Shown piece by piece: positions 1 through 12,725 of a stretch of DNA of 64,000 nt. The position numbers and the translations under genes are program-made. Under the pieces are notes generated by a model. The model did no database searches, was not told the DNA's origin, and saw only the letters and a list, made by a program, of their open reading frames with translations. Positions within the stretch are counted from its first letter, which is position 1. Each line of letters begins with the position of its first letter. Source of the stretch: Mobula hypostoma (lineage: Eukaryota); assembly GCF_963921235.1 (NCBI RefSeq), contig NC_086118.1, positions 28,522,001 to 28,586,000 on the forward strand. Direction: 5' to 3'.

Positions 1-1009
1 AAGAAGTAACTTTTGGTCAAGCCCACAGGCTTTAAGGATGTTAAAATATTTACCTGAGGTAATTTTCAGAACCTCAATTCAACTTGAATAAAAATTTCAC
101 ACCATTTTCTGCCAAACCTGCACTGAATCAAGAGTGTTTGGATTATGAACTGGTACTGGGTTCAGAATATTCAACTTGCTGTGAGAGTGCTACAAAATGA
201 ACTAATTTAGCAATAAAGTCAATCTGCATTTGGCTCTCTTGAGCTTTTGTGTTGATGTAAATGGCATCAGTATTCTGTACTCCATTACCTAGGACAGGGG
301 AAGAAAGCTGGAGGGCATTGAACAGTACTAACTATTTCCTCAATGAATTATTCTCATGGGTGAATTAAAGGATATGTTTACTTCTAGTTAAATATATATT
401 CATGTGGGTGTGAGAAGCAACTGATTTTGTTTTTCATTTGTTTACAGAGGTCTTATCTTTTTAGTGTATGATAAGGATCCCATAAGAATAAACTTTAAAT
501 TTAGAGTCTGGCCAAACTTCTCGTAAAATAAACTTTTTGGGATATATTTTTGGTAGCCTGTATTCAACGTGGAATAATTTTTAACAAACTTGCGATTTGA
601 TGTCTTGGAGAAAATAGTAAAGTTGAAGTATAACGTAATTCAGTTTAATTAAAAGATTATTTGTATCAGCAGAGTGGAAATGATTAAAGATCTGAATAGT
701 GCTTTTGCTGCATTTTCTGGTTTGATGGCACATGGAAAACCAGTTATTGTAATAAAATTCTTATTTCAATATTTTTAATGAAAATTTTGCAGATTGTCTC
801 CAGACCTCCTCAGAGACTTGAATACCTGTTAGCATTATCAACATTCCACAATTTCTTTCTGTTCTGTAGAGAAAATGATTGGGGAGTAGTTCTCTGAAAT
901 TTAGTTTAGTACTGTAGTTCAAGTTCAAGTTCCAGACTGTTAACATTTGTGAAGATCTATCTTTGGTCTATCCTATTGATGCAATTACGAAGAGGGCAAG
1001 ACAGCAGCT

Positions 1010-1540
1010 ATATTTGATAGGGAATTTGAGAAGATTTGATATGTACTAAAGACTCTAACAGCTTTCTACAGATGTACTGTGGAGAGTGTTCTGACTTGTT
1101 GCATACTATGGAGTGCCACTGCACAGGACTGGTGAAAGCTGCAGAGGGTTGTAAGCTCATTATGGGCACTAGCCTCCCCACCAGCGAGGACATCTTCAAA
1201 AGATGATGCCTCAGAAAGGTGGCATCCATCATTAAGGACTCTACCTGCCAAGACATGCCCTGTTCTCATTACTACCATCAGAGATGGAGGTACAGGAACC
1301 TGAAGGCACACACTCAGTGTTTTAGGAATAGCTTCTTCCCCTTCAGTATAGGCATCGAATAGACAATGAACCAGCCCATGAACACTACCCACTATTTTAT
1401 TGCTCACTTTTTGTACTAATTACTTTCTTTTAGTAATTCTTATTATAATTTATAATGTATTTTATATATTACTCTGTACTCCTGCAAAATAACGCATTTT
1501 GCAACATACATCAGTGATCATAAACCTGATTCCGATTCAA
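1010..1540 (+). mobile_element. Degenerate 3' end of a Rex1/Babar-type LINE
   Basis: Broken frames give FYRCTVESVLT..., TSLPTSEDIFKR*CLRKVASIIKD, HALFSLLPS, RYRNLKAHTQCFRNSFFP; then an AT-rich 3'UTR and a TAAACCTGATTCCGATTC tail. Confidence 0.75.
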
Positions 1541-1924
1541 ATAGAATAACTTTACTATAATTAGCATGCTGATTGGTTTAAATTGATACATTTTGTTGCT
1601 GTTTTGGCTTAACGTGTTCAAGGCCTGCAGGATGCCAAGTCATGCAGATGAAACTGTTCCCAATTAATTTTTTCTTAAAGGGCAAGTTAATTACTTCAGG
1701 ATGTTACAGTTGAGTTACTTCAATTTATTCTTGACTTTGAGAAAGAAGAACCTCAATTTCAATTGTCTTTAATGTTTGGTTGTGGTTTCAAAAAGATTGG
1801 TTTTGACTGTGATGTCTTCTATTCTCAAACAGCTAGGCCACAAAACCTATTCAGGCTCATACACAGAAAATGTTTTGTGTTAGTCGGATATTTACCCACA
1901 CGAGGTTGAGTCACCTGAGTTCAG

Positions 1925-2190
1925 TCAGAGTTGTATAGCATTTAAATAGGTTCTTCAGCCCACGGTCAGTGCTAAACATTATACTAATTCAATACAAGAC
2001 CCACTTTATTCTCTCACCAATCCCATTATTTCCCAGCAAATTTGGCCACTTGCCTACACAATATGGGCAATTTATAATGGACAATTAACCTGCCAATTTA
2101 TGCATCTTTGGGATGTGGCAGGAACTAGATCACCTGGCGGAATCCAGAATCCCATGTGGTGATGGGGTCATTGCTGCTCTGAGGCACCAA
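1925..2190 (-). mobile_element. Degenerate HE1-like V-SINE
   Basis: caattaacctgcc...catctttgggatgtggcaggaactagatcacctggcggaatcc is the reverse complement of the V-domain core; similar to the better copy at 6369-6665. Confidence 0.55.
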
Positions 2191-2679
2191 CATATTCTTT
2201 AGTCTGGTATTCTTTGAACCTGACTGGTGACAGAGGGTAGAAAATCTCAACATCAAAAACTTGTCTTTGATTTTCTTCCTCTGTACAGGAGAACTGTTTT
2301 TTCTTAAGTATAAATGCACCTCCTCAGCCCCCCACCCCGAATCAGCATAAAGTTCCATGAACTGTCTGCAACCCGGGATTTATTTTAGTCAGAAACACTG
2401 CTGGCTGAGATCACAAAAGTTGCATCAGTAAGTTAATTAGCCATTCATTAGCATAGGTCTGAATTAATTTGAGATCTTAGTTAGGATTAATTAATTAATA
2501 TAAATCTGTACTACAAAACATAGCAGGCCATGGGAACTAAAGGGACTGCAGTACCTATTTCCTCAATGAAGCTGGAAAAAGTACTTAAGGGTGGAATTGG
2601 ATGAGCTTGGGGGGGGGGGCGGGTGGCCATGAAAGGTCATTGACAGTTGGATTAAAGAGAATCTCGAGGCATTCTAGAT

Positions 2680-3187
2680 GTTTTAGAGAGAGTGCAGAAA
2701 AGATTTACGAGATGCTGCCTGGATTAGAGAGTATGTTCTATAAGAAGATATTGAGATACTGGGAGTTCCTCCAGCATTTTGTGTGTGTTGATTGAGTAAA
2801 CTTGAGTTGTTTTCTCTAAAGCAGCAGAGGCTGAAGGGGGACTTGGTAGATGTTTATAATGTTTTCAGAGACATACATCGACAGCTAGGGTTGAAGTGTC
2901 CGATACTAAAGGTGAGAGGGGGTAAGTTCAAAGGAGATGTGTGGGGCAATTATTTTTGTAATGGAGAGTAGTGGGTGCCTGCGATGGACTGCCAGTGTGG
3001 TGGTAAAGTCAAATATGATAGAGATGGCAAAGAGGCTCTTAGATAGGCACCTGAATATGCAGAGAATGAAGGTATATGGACATTTTAAAGGCAGAAGAGA
3101 TTATTTTAGGTAGGCATTTAATTACTAGTTTAATTAGTTCAGCACAACATCGTGGGCCAAAGGGTTGTTACTGTGCTGTACCGTTCT
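2680..3187 (+). mobile_element. CR1 (HER1-like) LINE 3' fragment interrupted by a short Penelope-type piece (about 2757-2790)
   Basis: Degenerate ERVQKRFTRMLPGL / LFSL.QQRLKGDL coding remnant; typical tail gggccaaagggttgttactgtgctgtaccgttct; insert gagttcctccagcattttgtgtgtgttg. Confidence 0.7.
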
Positions 3188-3649
3188 TCAGTTAAACACA
3201 AATGTGAATGAGTGTGGTTTGGCCCCACACATTACCCTTTTCTCTTTTGTCCTGCTTCTCAATGCAATTACATGTCAATAGGCTTCAAGCAAGATAAGAT
3301 ATTGATTTCATGCCCCAGTGGATTGCGCTTTATAGTACATTCTCCAAGAAGAAACTTTCTAAAAGATTTTGTTGAAAAGTAAATTGAAGTTTCAGTATAA
3401 TTAGCTAAGATTAAGTGTTTTATCAATGACCATGGTTCTCCTTGAGAGAGGATAGCAGCAGTAAATTCATCATCTTATCTCTTTTTCATACTTGGAATCA
3501 TCATTTGTTGCCAATAGATTAATGGTTTACACTCTAGTGTCGCATCCAATTGTACAATGTCTGAGGCTTTGAATGAGAGCAATCTAGATAAATTGATCAG
3601 CAAATTAATGAAAAGTTGAACAATATTTCATTTATTAAAAACCTGAGGA

Positions 3650-4113
3650 ACTAGGATATTCATCCAGGAAAGAGATTTCATTAAATTAGATTGGATTAGA
3701 GGAAACTATTTGGTTCTCCTGGGGTTATAGAAGGCTAACAGGAAATTTGCTGGATGATCACAATTGGCTAAGACATGGTAAAAAGAGGGAAATGTTTCCC
3801 TGAAGCAAATGGTTGAAAGGCTAAGGAAAAGGGATATAAAGTGAAGAGAAAATGATGCAGTGAGTTTGGAATGGTTGTGATTTGGTAGAAGAAGCTGGAA
3901 TAGAACTGTTGCAATATAGGAAGCCAATGTAACCACTGAGTCCATGCCAGCTCCTTGTCAAGAAACCTATTAAATCTTTCATTTTAGAACTGAATAGGCA
4001 CTGGAGGGTCACTAACCTGCACAGGGCAATGGGGAAAGAGTAGGGAAATAGGTTTGATAGGGGAGCTGGACTGTGGATGAAATGGCCTCCTGTGTTGCAA
4101 TAATTCTATGATT
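3650..4113 (+). mobile_element. Highly degenerate CR1 3' end
   Basis: Ends in ggatgaaatggcctcctgtgttgcaataattctatgatt, the CR1 3' tail pattern; coding remnants weak. Confidence 0.5.
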
Positions 4114-6368
4114 TTAAATGAACAAGTAACGGTATCTGAGGTGTACCAAGTTGTATTTTAATTTAACTGTTGTTGATTGATCACTTTCACCAAAGGTCTA
4201 ATCCTCATAATTTTAGTTTTAATTCATTACAACTAAAGTGTTTCATAATATGGGTAGGATTATCATGATAGTTTAACCCAGAACAGGTTTGCGCAAACTG
4301 AGCTTTCTCAATGTGTATTGAAATAATTGTTGAGGTGATTTTATTTGCAGTACTTATAACTTGTTGTGCTTTTCATCATTACTTTGCTTGTAACTAAATC
4401 AATTCATTTATCAGCTATATTATTAACAAATTTGCTTGACGGTAAAATTTTCAGGAATATGTTTTTCCATTTGTTCCTAGTGGATTGTATTTTAAAAAAT
4501 AACTTTTTGTACTATGCTAAAGTATGATTTTTGCTGCAACTTATAAGAGTTCTAAACTGTTTCGGAACTATTCCCTCCTCAATGGCAGCAGATCCCAAGA
4601 AACTTAGAAGGAAGGTTGAACCACATTTGTTGTACCTTGATGTTATTGTGGGTTTATACTTAGCTGCTCTATTCTCAGCTTCTTTGAACAGTCAAATGTA
4701 ACTTAATCCGTCTTTCATTTTATTCTCTACTCGTTTTATTTCTTTTCACTGTGTATAGCTCATTGCTATCCCACAGTGTGGCCTTACTTGTTTTTTCAAA
4801 ATGGCGTTATCTGGGAGGAAAGGTAAAACATGATGGGTAAACCACTCACTTCCCATGTAAGCCTGCAATTCACCAGTCATTTGAGAACCCTTCTATCCTA
4901 TAGAGAAGGAATTTTACTTAAAAAAAAACTCAAACACCATTTTAGACTGGATTTTTTAAGGTTCTAATTTCAGCTGGTAGTGATTAAGATGTAGGCGATG
5001 ATTGTCAAGAAATATAGATACACTTTGAGAGATCTTTTATTTAACATAACCAGAAATTTTGAATGTAAGAACTAATTTATATTAACTTAAAATTTAGACA
5101 TTCGCCCACCGTTTACATCGAATTTTATCCTGTACTGTTAATGTCATAAATTCTGGAAGCCAAACATGAACAAGTTGTGTGGTGTCTGTTCTTCACCAAA
5201 CAGTGGAATTTGCTTTGTAAATGAAATTTTGTGATGCTCAATCCAACACGTCAAAGTAGCTAGTCCCTTGAGAACTCTTTCCCAAGAACTGAGAATATGC
5301 TGCTACAGGGTTGAACTTCCACAAAGACTGCTTGAAGGGAAGCGCCTCGTTCCTATTCGTGGCTATGCTTGCAGCACCTAACGTCTCCCGAAGATGCGAC
5401 GAATGCACTAATGTTTATGGAGTCCTCAGTTCCCAAGCCAACATTACAGCAATTTAATTATTGCCAGATGGGTTTTAACACGCAAATTCAATTTGCATGG
5501 TGCTTCCTTTCTTTGCTGGAGGACTTGTGATGATCTACAGTTAACTTCCTTTTGAGATATTGCAGTGTGTGGAGGATTGCAATTCATTGGCAAAAGGGCA
5601 GAAGAAAGTTCCAATGTGCTGTACTGTAGAAAAACAGCTACCAAAAGCAAGATTATTAACACCAAAAACGTTTAATTAAGTTGCTGTCCCAAAAACAACT
5701 GTGTATGTAAATGTCTGTTTATTTGGTGATATTATGTGTTTTACTAAACTTTGGCTGAACTCGTGTTCATTAGGCTGCTGAGAAGCTTTGACTCCTCATG
5801 AGATGATAAAATACATATGTCGTTGCAGCTTCTCTACATAGATAAACTCTGGGATTATCAGTAGAAAAGCCTTCAAGCATCCCACTTTATACCAGGCTAG
5901 GAAAAGTTAGGTTTCTTAGTTTGTACATTTTGCTTTGCAATTGTCGGTGGAGGCTACATTTTACTTAATGCCAGCAATGAGCGATCTTTTCATTTTAGAC
6001 TGAGTACTTTCTAAAAAAAAGTAGTTTCCTTAATGTGCAATGTTTGAATTTTTGTAGCTGAGCAATTTTCTCCAGACCAACATTCCTGTCTACACACTTC
6101 ACTCTACTGCATCTTGATTACTGCTGGTTTCCTGTTCCCTCTTCAGAGGCCAATCATCCTGTACTTAAAAGTTGTCCCCTAAAACAATATCCTGAAAGGG
6201 CTACATCCCTTACCTCTCTTTAAAATGCTGCTCCCTATTATTGTGCATGTTTATACAGAGTAACCCCCTCTGGCTCATTTAGGCTCAAGCAAGCTCTGGC
6301 CTCAAGTCAATTGAACTCTGGTAACATTTTACATTCTTCCCATTGTTAGGTAATAGCTCCCTGATTCT

Positions 6369-6665
6369 GTTTATTTATTTATTGAGATACAGCATAGAAT
6401 AGGACCTTCCATCCCTTCAAACTGTGCCAGCCAGCAACCCCCGATTTAACCCCGGTTTAAGCATGGGACAATTTACAATACCAATTAACCTACTAACTGG
6501 TATATCTCTGGACTGTGGGAAGAAACCAGAGCATCCGAAGAAAACCCAGGCATTCCCTAGGGAGGATGTGCAGACTCCTTACAGGTGGCGACAGAATTGA
6601 ACTCTGAACTTTGACTCCCTGGGCTGTAATAGCGCGGCGCCAACTGCGACACTATTTTGGCACCC
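6369..6665 (-). mobile_element. HE1-like tRNA-derived V-SINE, near full length
   Basis: Minus strand: A-box-like TAGTGTCGCAGTTGG, B-box-like GAGTTCAATTC, V-domain GGGTTTTCTTCGGATGCTCTGGTTTCTTCCCACAGTCC, CR1-like tail and (TAAA)n end. Confidence 0.8.
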
Positions 6666-7225
6666 GATGCAACTAAAATGTCTGCTGTTGACTCTGATGG
6701 AAGTGAACCTTTCTCTGTGTTGCATACAAATAATTATTTTGCACTATTATTAATGTATTACAATAAATAAAATATTTAATCTTGTGCAGGTTTTCTATTT
6801 GGAAATCTTAAGTGCTACTTGTATCATTTCAATGGATTACGACATGCACTGGATTTATTAACCATTTGCTAATTGAGATACTTCAGTAATGAGAGCTGAT
6901 TCAAAAGGGTTTGAGAAGTTAGAAGGTCAGGAGAGTATGAGAAAATTAGGCCTAAAGAATGTCTGAACTTTGGACTTAAGTACAAAAGTAGTGTTGTCAG
7001 TTTCTTGTGAGGTGGATCAGTTACCCATAATGATTAATTGAATTTGTGAGGAGTATTTCTTTATTTTGTGAGTGCAGTGCAACTTTAGACAAATGCCCTC
7101 TGCTAACATTGTGGGGGATTTTATTTTAAGATCTGCACTTTGAATTAAATTAAAACTTCTTTTTTGCTCATTCCCTGACTGGGCCACAGTTTTCTCCCAT
7201 CCTTCACTGATGCTGAGATGTATCT

Positions 7226-7837
7226 CAGACATCCCACCTCTCCCGGAAGTTCCGGGAGTCTCCCACATATTAATAGTGACTCCCTGATGCCCGCAAATTA
7301 TATACAGTATCACGGAAATCAATTTTTTTGAGGGCGAGCGAGAGAAAGCAAGAGAGAGTGCGAGAGCGACCACGTGAGAGAGAGAGAGCGAGAGAGCAAG
7401 CAAGCGAGAGTGCGCGAGCGACCACAAGAGAGAGAGCGAGCGCGTGCGAGCGACGAGAGAGACAGAGAGCGCACGAGCAAGAGCGCACCATGGCAGAGTG
7501 TTCCAAAAAAGAGATAAAATGTACGTCTCCCCAGACTACACTAAAGTGTACCCCTGCCTAATAGGGGTCAAAATAATGACACTGTTGCTCACTGCACTGT
7601 TTGCAACAGTGACTTTTCTATTGCCTATGGTGGGTTAAGACTGTAAAAGACGTGTTGAGGTGAGTTTAACAGGTGTCATTCGTTCATTAGCATAGCTAAC
7701 GTTATTTAAACTAGCTGGCTAACTGCTAAGGAGCTACTCTATTGCAGACATCCCACCTCTCCCGGAAGTTCCGGGAGTCTCCCGCAAATTGATGGTGCTA
7801 CCTCCCTGAAATGAGTTTTTGCAGGGTAGGATGTCTG
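7226..7837. mobile_element. Non-autonomous hAT-like DNA transposon (MITE), 612 bp
   Basis: 13-bp TIRs CAGACATCCCACC / GGTAGGATGTCTG (1 mismatch); flanks GTATCT / GTGTCT; left 39 bp repeated at 7745-7783; internal GA/GCGA simple repeat. Confidence 0.75.
7330..7490 (+). repeat. Degenerate (GA)n/(GCGA)n simple repeat inside the MITE
   Basis: gagagagagcgagagagcaagcaagcgagagtgcgcgagcg... Confidence 0.9.
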
Positions 7838-8930
7838 GTGTCTAATCACCAATATGGCATGAACTCCAACCTCCAACCAGTCCTGCTAACAAAACAGAAC
7901 TACAGTATGGAAACAAAACTTAGAAGATTAATCAATAGTGGCATATGAATGCATGGGCTCTGTGTGATTCAATAACTGCATAAAATTTTCTGACATTGTA
8001 TCTGATTAACAGTTCTTTTTCATAGGCCGTAATCAGATTATTGTAAGGTTGAAATCACACACTTGTGAAAAGATTTTTTAAAAGTTCTAGGTTTCGCCAA
8101 AAAGACTTGTGCCCTTTGAGAGATCTCTTTTTTCTCTAGAATTGATCTGTAGTCTCTTATGATAGAATACTGACCAAACTCAAGTCTTTAGTGAGAACAG
8201 GAGCTTCTGAGTAAAGTTTTATTTAGTTATGTGCCTGGTCGAATCATAATGATTATAGCTGAGAAGAATTATGATGTTAAGAGACTAACATTGAAACAGT
8301 CAAATGCATGCATGTATACTTGGTATTATGGCCTGAAATAGCTACTTATTTGCAACTGAAGTCTGTCTGTATAAACTGAAGAAATTAAATCTGCAGCCTG
8401 AAAAATGTACTAGCTGAGTTACAATATAACCCAAATAATATTCATTTTTATTGATCACATGGTTCTCTCCACATTTTATCAATCCTCCTGTAAATTATAG
8501 AGGATGTGTAATATGTATCTGTTCAATGCAATTGCATTTTATGTTGAAATAAATGGATACTTTAATTTTTATTGTTAATGAATACTGTATACAGTTTGTG
8601 TATTTCCAGGAGAATGTTTCCTGTTTGTCTTTTGCACATTCTGGTATTGTATATTCAAATGTCTAAATCTCAGTGTTATGACAAGCAGAATGTGTGCATT
8701 TTTGGATTTAGTTGCTAGGTTATGCTCTTTGAGTAAATTGCCACCCTTCCTCTGGAAAACTTAACAAAATAAATTAGATGCGCATAAATAGGTGGTTGAT
8801 AGCTGTGTAGGTGTTGTGGGCTGAAGTGCCTGTTTGTATGCTGTACCTCTCTGACTCCATAACCTTGTGACCATGCAATAAAAAAATCTGCAGTTCAGCA
8901 ACTTACAAGATACATTTCCCTGATGACGTG

Positions 8931-9955
8931 ATCAGAATCAGATCTATCATCACTGATATCCGACATGAAATCCCCTGTGTTTATGGCATTAAATTTGCTG
9001 TTTTGTGGCAGCGGTACAATGCAAAGACATGAAAACTTTATTATAAAAATAGATTGTGCAAAATAAAGGGAATAATGAGGCAGTGTTGGCTGCACCATTC
9101 AGAAATCTGATGGTGGAGTGAAAGACTTTGTCTCTAAACCTTAGGTATGAGTCTTCAGGCTCCTACATCTCTTCTCTGCTGGCTTTGCTCATGGATGCCA
9201 CCTTCCTGAGGCACCATGTCTCGAAGACATCTTGATGATAGGGAGGGTTGTGCCTGACTGAGTTTACAACCCTCTGTAGTCTCTTGTGATCCTGTGCACT
9301 GGAGTACCCCTAGCAGATTGTGCGGCAACCAGTCAGAATGCTCTCAATTTTACATTGATGGAAATTTGTGACGATCTTTAGTGCCACACCAAATCTCCTC
9401 AACCTCCTAACAAAGCATGCCTCTTTGTTGTTGTATTTGGGCCTAGTTTACACTCAGGATCTTGAAGCTATTCACCCTTTCTACCGCTGACCCCTCGTTG
9501 AAGACTGATACGGGTTCGTCCGACTTCCCGTTCCTGAAATCCACAATCAGTTCCTTGGTCGTGAGTGTGAGGTTGTTGTTGTGGCGCCACTCAACACAGC
9601 CGTCATCTCGTTCCTGGGCAGCTACTCGTCACCATCTGAGGTTCTACCAGACTTGCATCCACAAATTTGAGTCCATCGGCAGATTTACGAATGGCATTTG
9701 AGCTGTTAATAACCACACACAGTCATGAGTGTAGCGGGAGTAGAGGAGTGAGTTAATTACACATCCTTGAAGTGTGCCTGTGTTAATATTGAGGAGGAGA
9801 TGTTATTACAAACCTTTACTGGCTGTGGTCTCCCAATCAGGAAGTCAAGGATCCTGTTGCTGAGGGAGGTACAGAGGCCCAGTTTTTGAAGCTTAGCTAT
9901 TAGTATTGAAGGAATGTTGGTGCTGTAATTGATAAACAGCACCCTGATGTAAGTC
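8931..9955 (-). mobile_element. Degenerate 5'-truncated Rex1/Babar-type LINE
   Basis: Tail atcagaatcagat (reverse complement of GATTCT repeats) at left; minus-strand RT remnants VLFINYS..., [28 protein letters not shown]. Confidence 0.75.
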
Positions 9956-10813
9956 TCAGTTCCATATGATTTTCTCCTAATTATAAAAAAATTGAATAAC
10001 TTCTGTTCATAAACAAGATATGGAACATCAGCTATGATCTTAAAGTAGAAACTATAGAAAATAAATACCAGCAACAATTATGTTCTTCAAACATAAGACT
10101 ACACCCATTAAGGAAAATAATGTATGTATCTGGGAAAGCAGATCTGAGCTGCTCGCCTCCTTTTTCTGATATCAAAATAATCTGTGGCTGTTCCATTGCC
10201 ACTTCCCTGGTGCTCACCCACAGCAAGCATGGAATAAGTGCAGAAAACTATGAATCATGCCTGCTGGAAGATAAGGGCCTGAACTCAGAACTTTCTGTCG
10301 TGGGGCATATTTTTCTGAAAAATGCTAACATTCTTTGGCAATTTCCTCTATTAGTCATTGTTGGCAACCTTGACTTGATTAAATTGACAGTTGAATTTTT
10401 GATGAGCTGAGAACCAATTCGGGAAATGGGTTTGATGTGTTTTGAAGGAGCCATATAAATAACCTTTGTATTAAAATTGAACCCAATGAAATAAAGGGCA
10501 TGTGGATAGAAAACAGACTGATGGACAGGAAACAGAATAATTGGTTATCAGACTTCTGGCTGTAGCAAAGTTTCTCAGGAGTTGGTGCTAAGATCCATCT
10601 TTTCTTAATATCTATTAATGACTTGGATTTGAGTGTGCAGGGGATAATATAAGGCATTAATAAAACTTGAAATTGCAATGAGTTGTGAGGAATAATGTGA
10701 TAGTTAGCTTGAAGATATAGATTGGTGGAATGGACAGACCCATTAGAAGTGTAACACAGAAGATACAGAGTGATCTGCTGGGCACAATTCTGAAGGGTCA
10801 TGCAAACAGAGAT

Positions 10814-12521
10814 ATAGAAACATAGAAACATAGAAAATAGGTGCAGGATTAGGCCATTTGGCCCTTCGAGCCTGCACCGCCATTTATTATGATCATGGCT
10901 GATCATCCAACTCAGAACCCCGCCCCAGCCTTCCCTCCATACCCCCTGACCCCCGTAGCCACAAGGGCCATATCTAACTCCCTCTTAAATATAGCCAATG
11001 AACTGGCCTCAACAGTTTCCTGTGGCAGAGAATTCCACAGATTCACCACTCTCTGTGTGAAGAAGTTTTTCCTAATCTCGGTCCTAAAAGGCTTCCCCTC
11101 TATCCTCAAACTGTGACCCCTCGTTCTGGACTTCCCCAACATCGGGAAAAACAATCTTCCTGCATCTAGCCTGTCCAATCCCTTTAGGATCTTATACGTT
11201 TCAATCAGATCCCCCCTCAATGTTCTAAATTCCAACGAGTACAAGCCCAATTCATCCAGTCTTTCTTCATATGAAAGTCCTGCCATCCCAGGAATCAATC
11301 TGGTGAACCTTCTTTGTACTCCCTCTATGGCAAAATGTCTTTCCTCAGATTAGGGGACCAAAACTGCACACAATACTCCAGGTGTGGTCTCACCAAGGCT
11401 TTGTACAACTGCAGTAGTACCTCCCTGCTCCTGTACTCGAATCCTCTCGCTATAAATGCCAGCATACCATTCGCCTTTTTCACCGCCTGCTGTACCTGCA
11501 TGCCCACTTTCAATGACTGGTGTATAATGACACCCAGGTCTCGTTGCACCTCCCCTTTTCCTAATCGGCCACCATTCAGATAATAATCTGTTTTGCTATT
11601 TTTGCCACCAAAGTGGATAACTTCACATTTATCCACATTAAATTGCATCTGCCATGAATTTGCCCACTCACCCAACCTATCCAAGTCATCCTGCATCCTC
11701 TTAGCATCCTCCTCACTGCTAACACTGCCACCCAGCTTCATGTCATCCGCAAACTTGGAGATGCTGCATTTAATTCCCTCATCCAAGTCATTAATATATA
11801 TTGTAAACAACTGGGGTCCCAGCACTGAGCCTTGCGGTACCCCACTAGTCACCGCCTGCCATTCTGAAAAGGTCCCGTTTATTCCCACTCTTTGCTTCCT
11901 GTCTGCTAATCAATTCTCCACCCACACCAATACCTTACCCCCAATGCCGTGTGCTTTAAGTTTGCACACTAATCTCCTGTGTGGGACCCTGTCAAAAGCC
12001 TTTTGAAAATCCAAATATACCACATCCACTGGTTCTCCCCTATCCACTCTACTAGTTACATCCTCAAAAAATTCTATGAGATTTGTCAGACATGATTTTC
12101 CTTTCACAAATCCATGCTGACTTTGTCCGATCATTTCACCGCTTTCCAAATGTGCTGTTATCACATCCTTGATAACTGACTCCTGCAGTTTCCCCACCAC
12201 CGACGTTAGGCTAACCGGTCTATAATTCCCTGGTTTCTCTCTCCCTCCTTTTTTAAAAAGTGGGGTTACATTAGCCACCCTCCAATCCTCAGGAACTAGT
12301 CCAGAATCTAACGAGTTTTGAAAAATTATCACTAATGCATCCACTATTTCTTGGGCTACTTCTTTAAGCACTCTAGGATGCAGACCATCTGGCCCTGGGG
12401 ATTTATCTGCCTTCAATCCCTTCAATTTACCTAACACCACTTCCCTACTAACATGTATTTTTCTCAGTTCCTCCATCTCACTGGACCCTCTGTCCCTTAC
12501 TATTTCTGGAAGATTATTTAT
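10814..12521 (-). mobile_element. Young 5'-truncated CR1 (HER1-like) LINE; RT pseudogene
   Basis: KSPGPDG, NYRPVSLTS, DFQKAFD, GVPQGSVLGP, KFADD, RPHLEYCVQFW motifs; one in-frame TGA at 11910-11912 and one frameshift near 11330; (TTTCTATG)n tail at 10814-10836. Confidence 0.95.
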
Positions 12522-12587
12522 ATCTGGGAGTACATGAGTGTAAATAATTTTAAATGGCAATACTGAGATACAAGATCCAAATTCTGG

Positions 12588-12725
12588 AGCAACACACAAA
12601 GCAACGCAGAAACTCAGCAATGTCTTTGGACAGTCAACATTTCAGGTTGAGACCCTTCATGTGGATGGACTGAAAGAAGGGAGACAGCCAGGATAAAAAT
12701 GATGGAGGGGTGGGGTGCAACTCAT
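12588..12725 (-). mobile_element. Penelope-like element terminal fragment with decayed hammerhead motif
   Basis: gcaacacacaaagc...gaaactcagc start as in other copies; minus strand reads cacATGAagggtctcaacctGAAAtgttgac. Confidence 0.55.

Noticed and set aside
5250..5440. Small CpG-richer patch
   Set aside because: Too short for a CpG island; no RNA gene or repeat family recognisable by eye
6600..6665. tRNA gene
   Set aside because: The A/B boxes belong to a SINE head; no cloverleaf evident
7017..7638. ORFs rich in R/E/A or L/S/A
   Set aside because: Translations of the GA/GCGA simple repeat inside the MITE
11314..12006. Plus-strand 89-aa and 137-aa ORFs
   Set aside because: Antisense shadows of the CR1 RT frame
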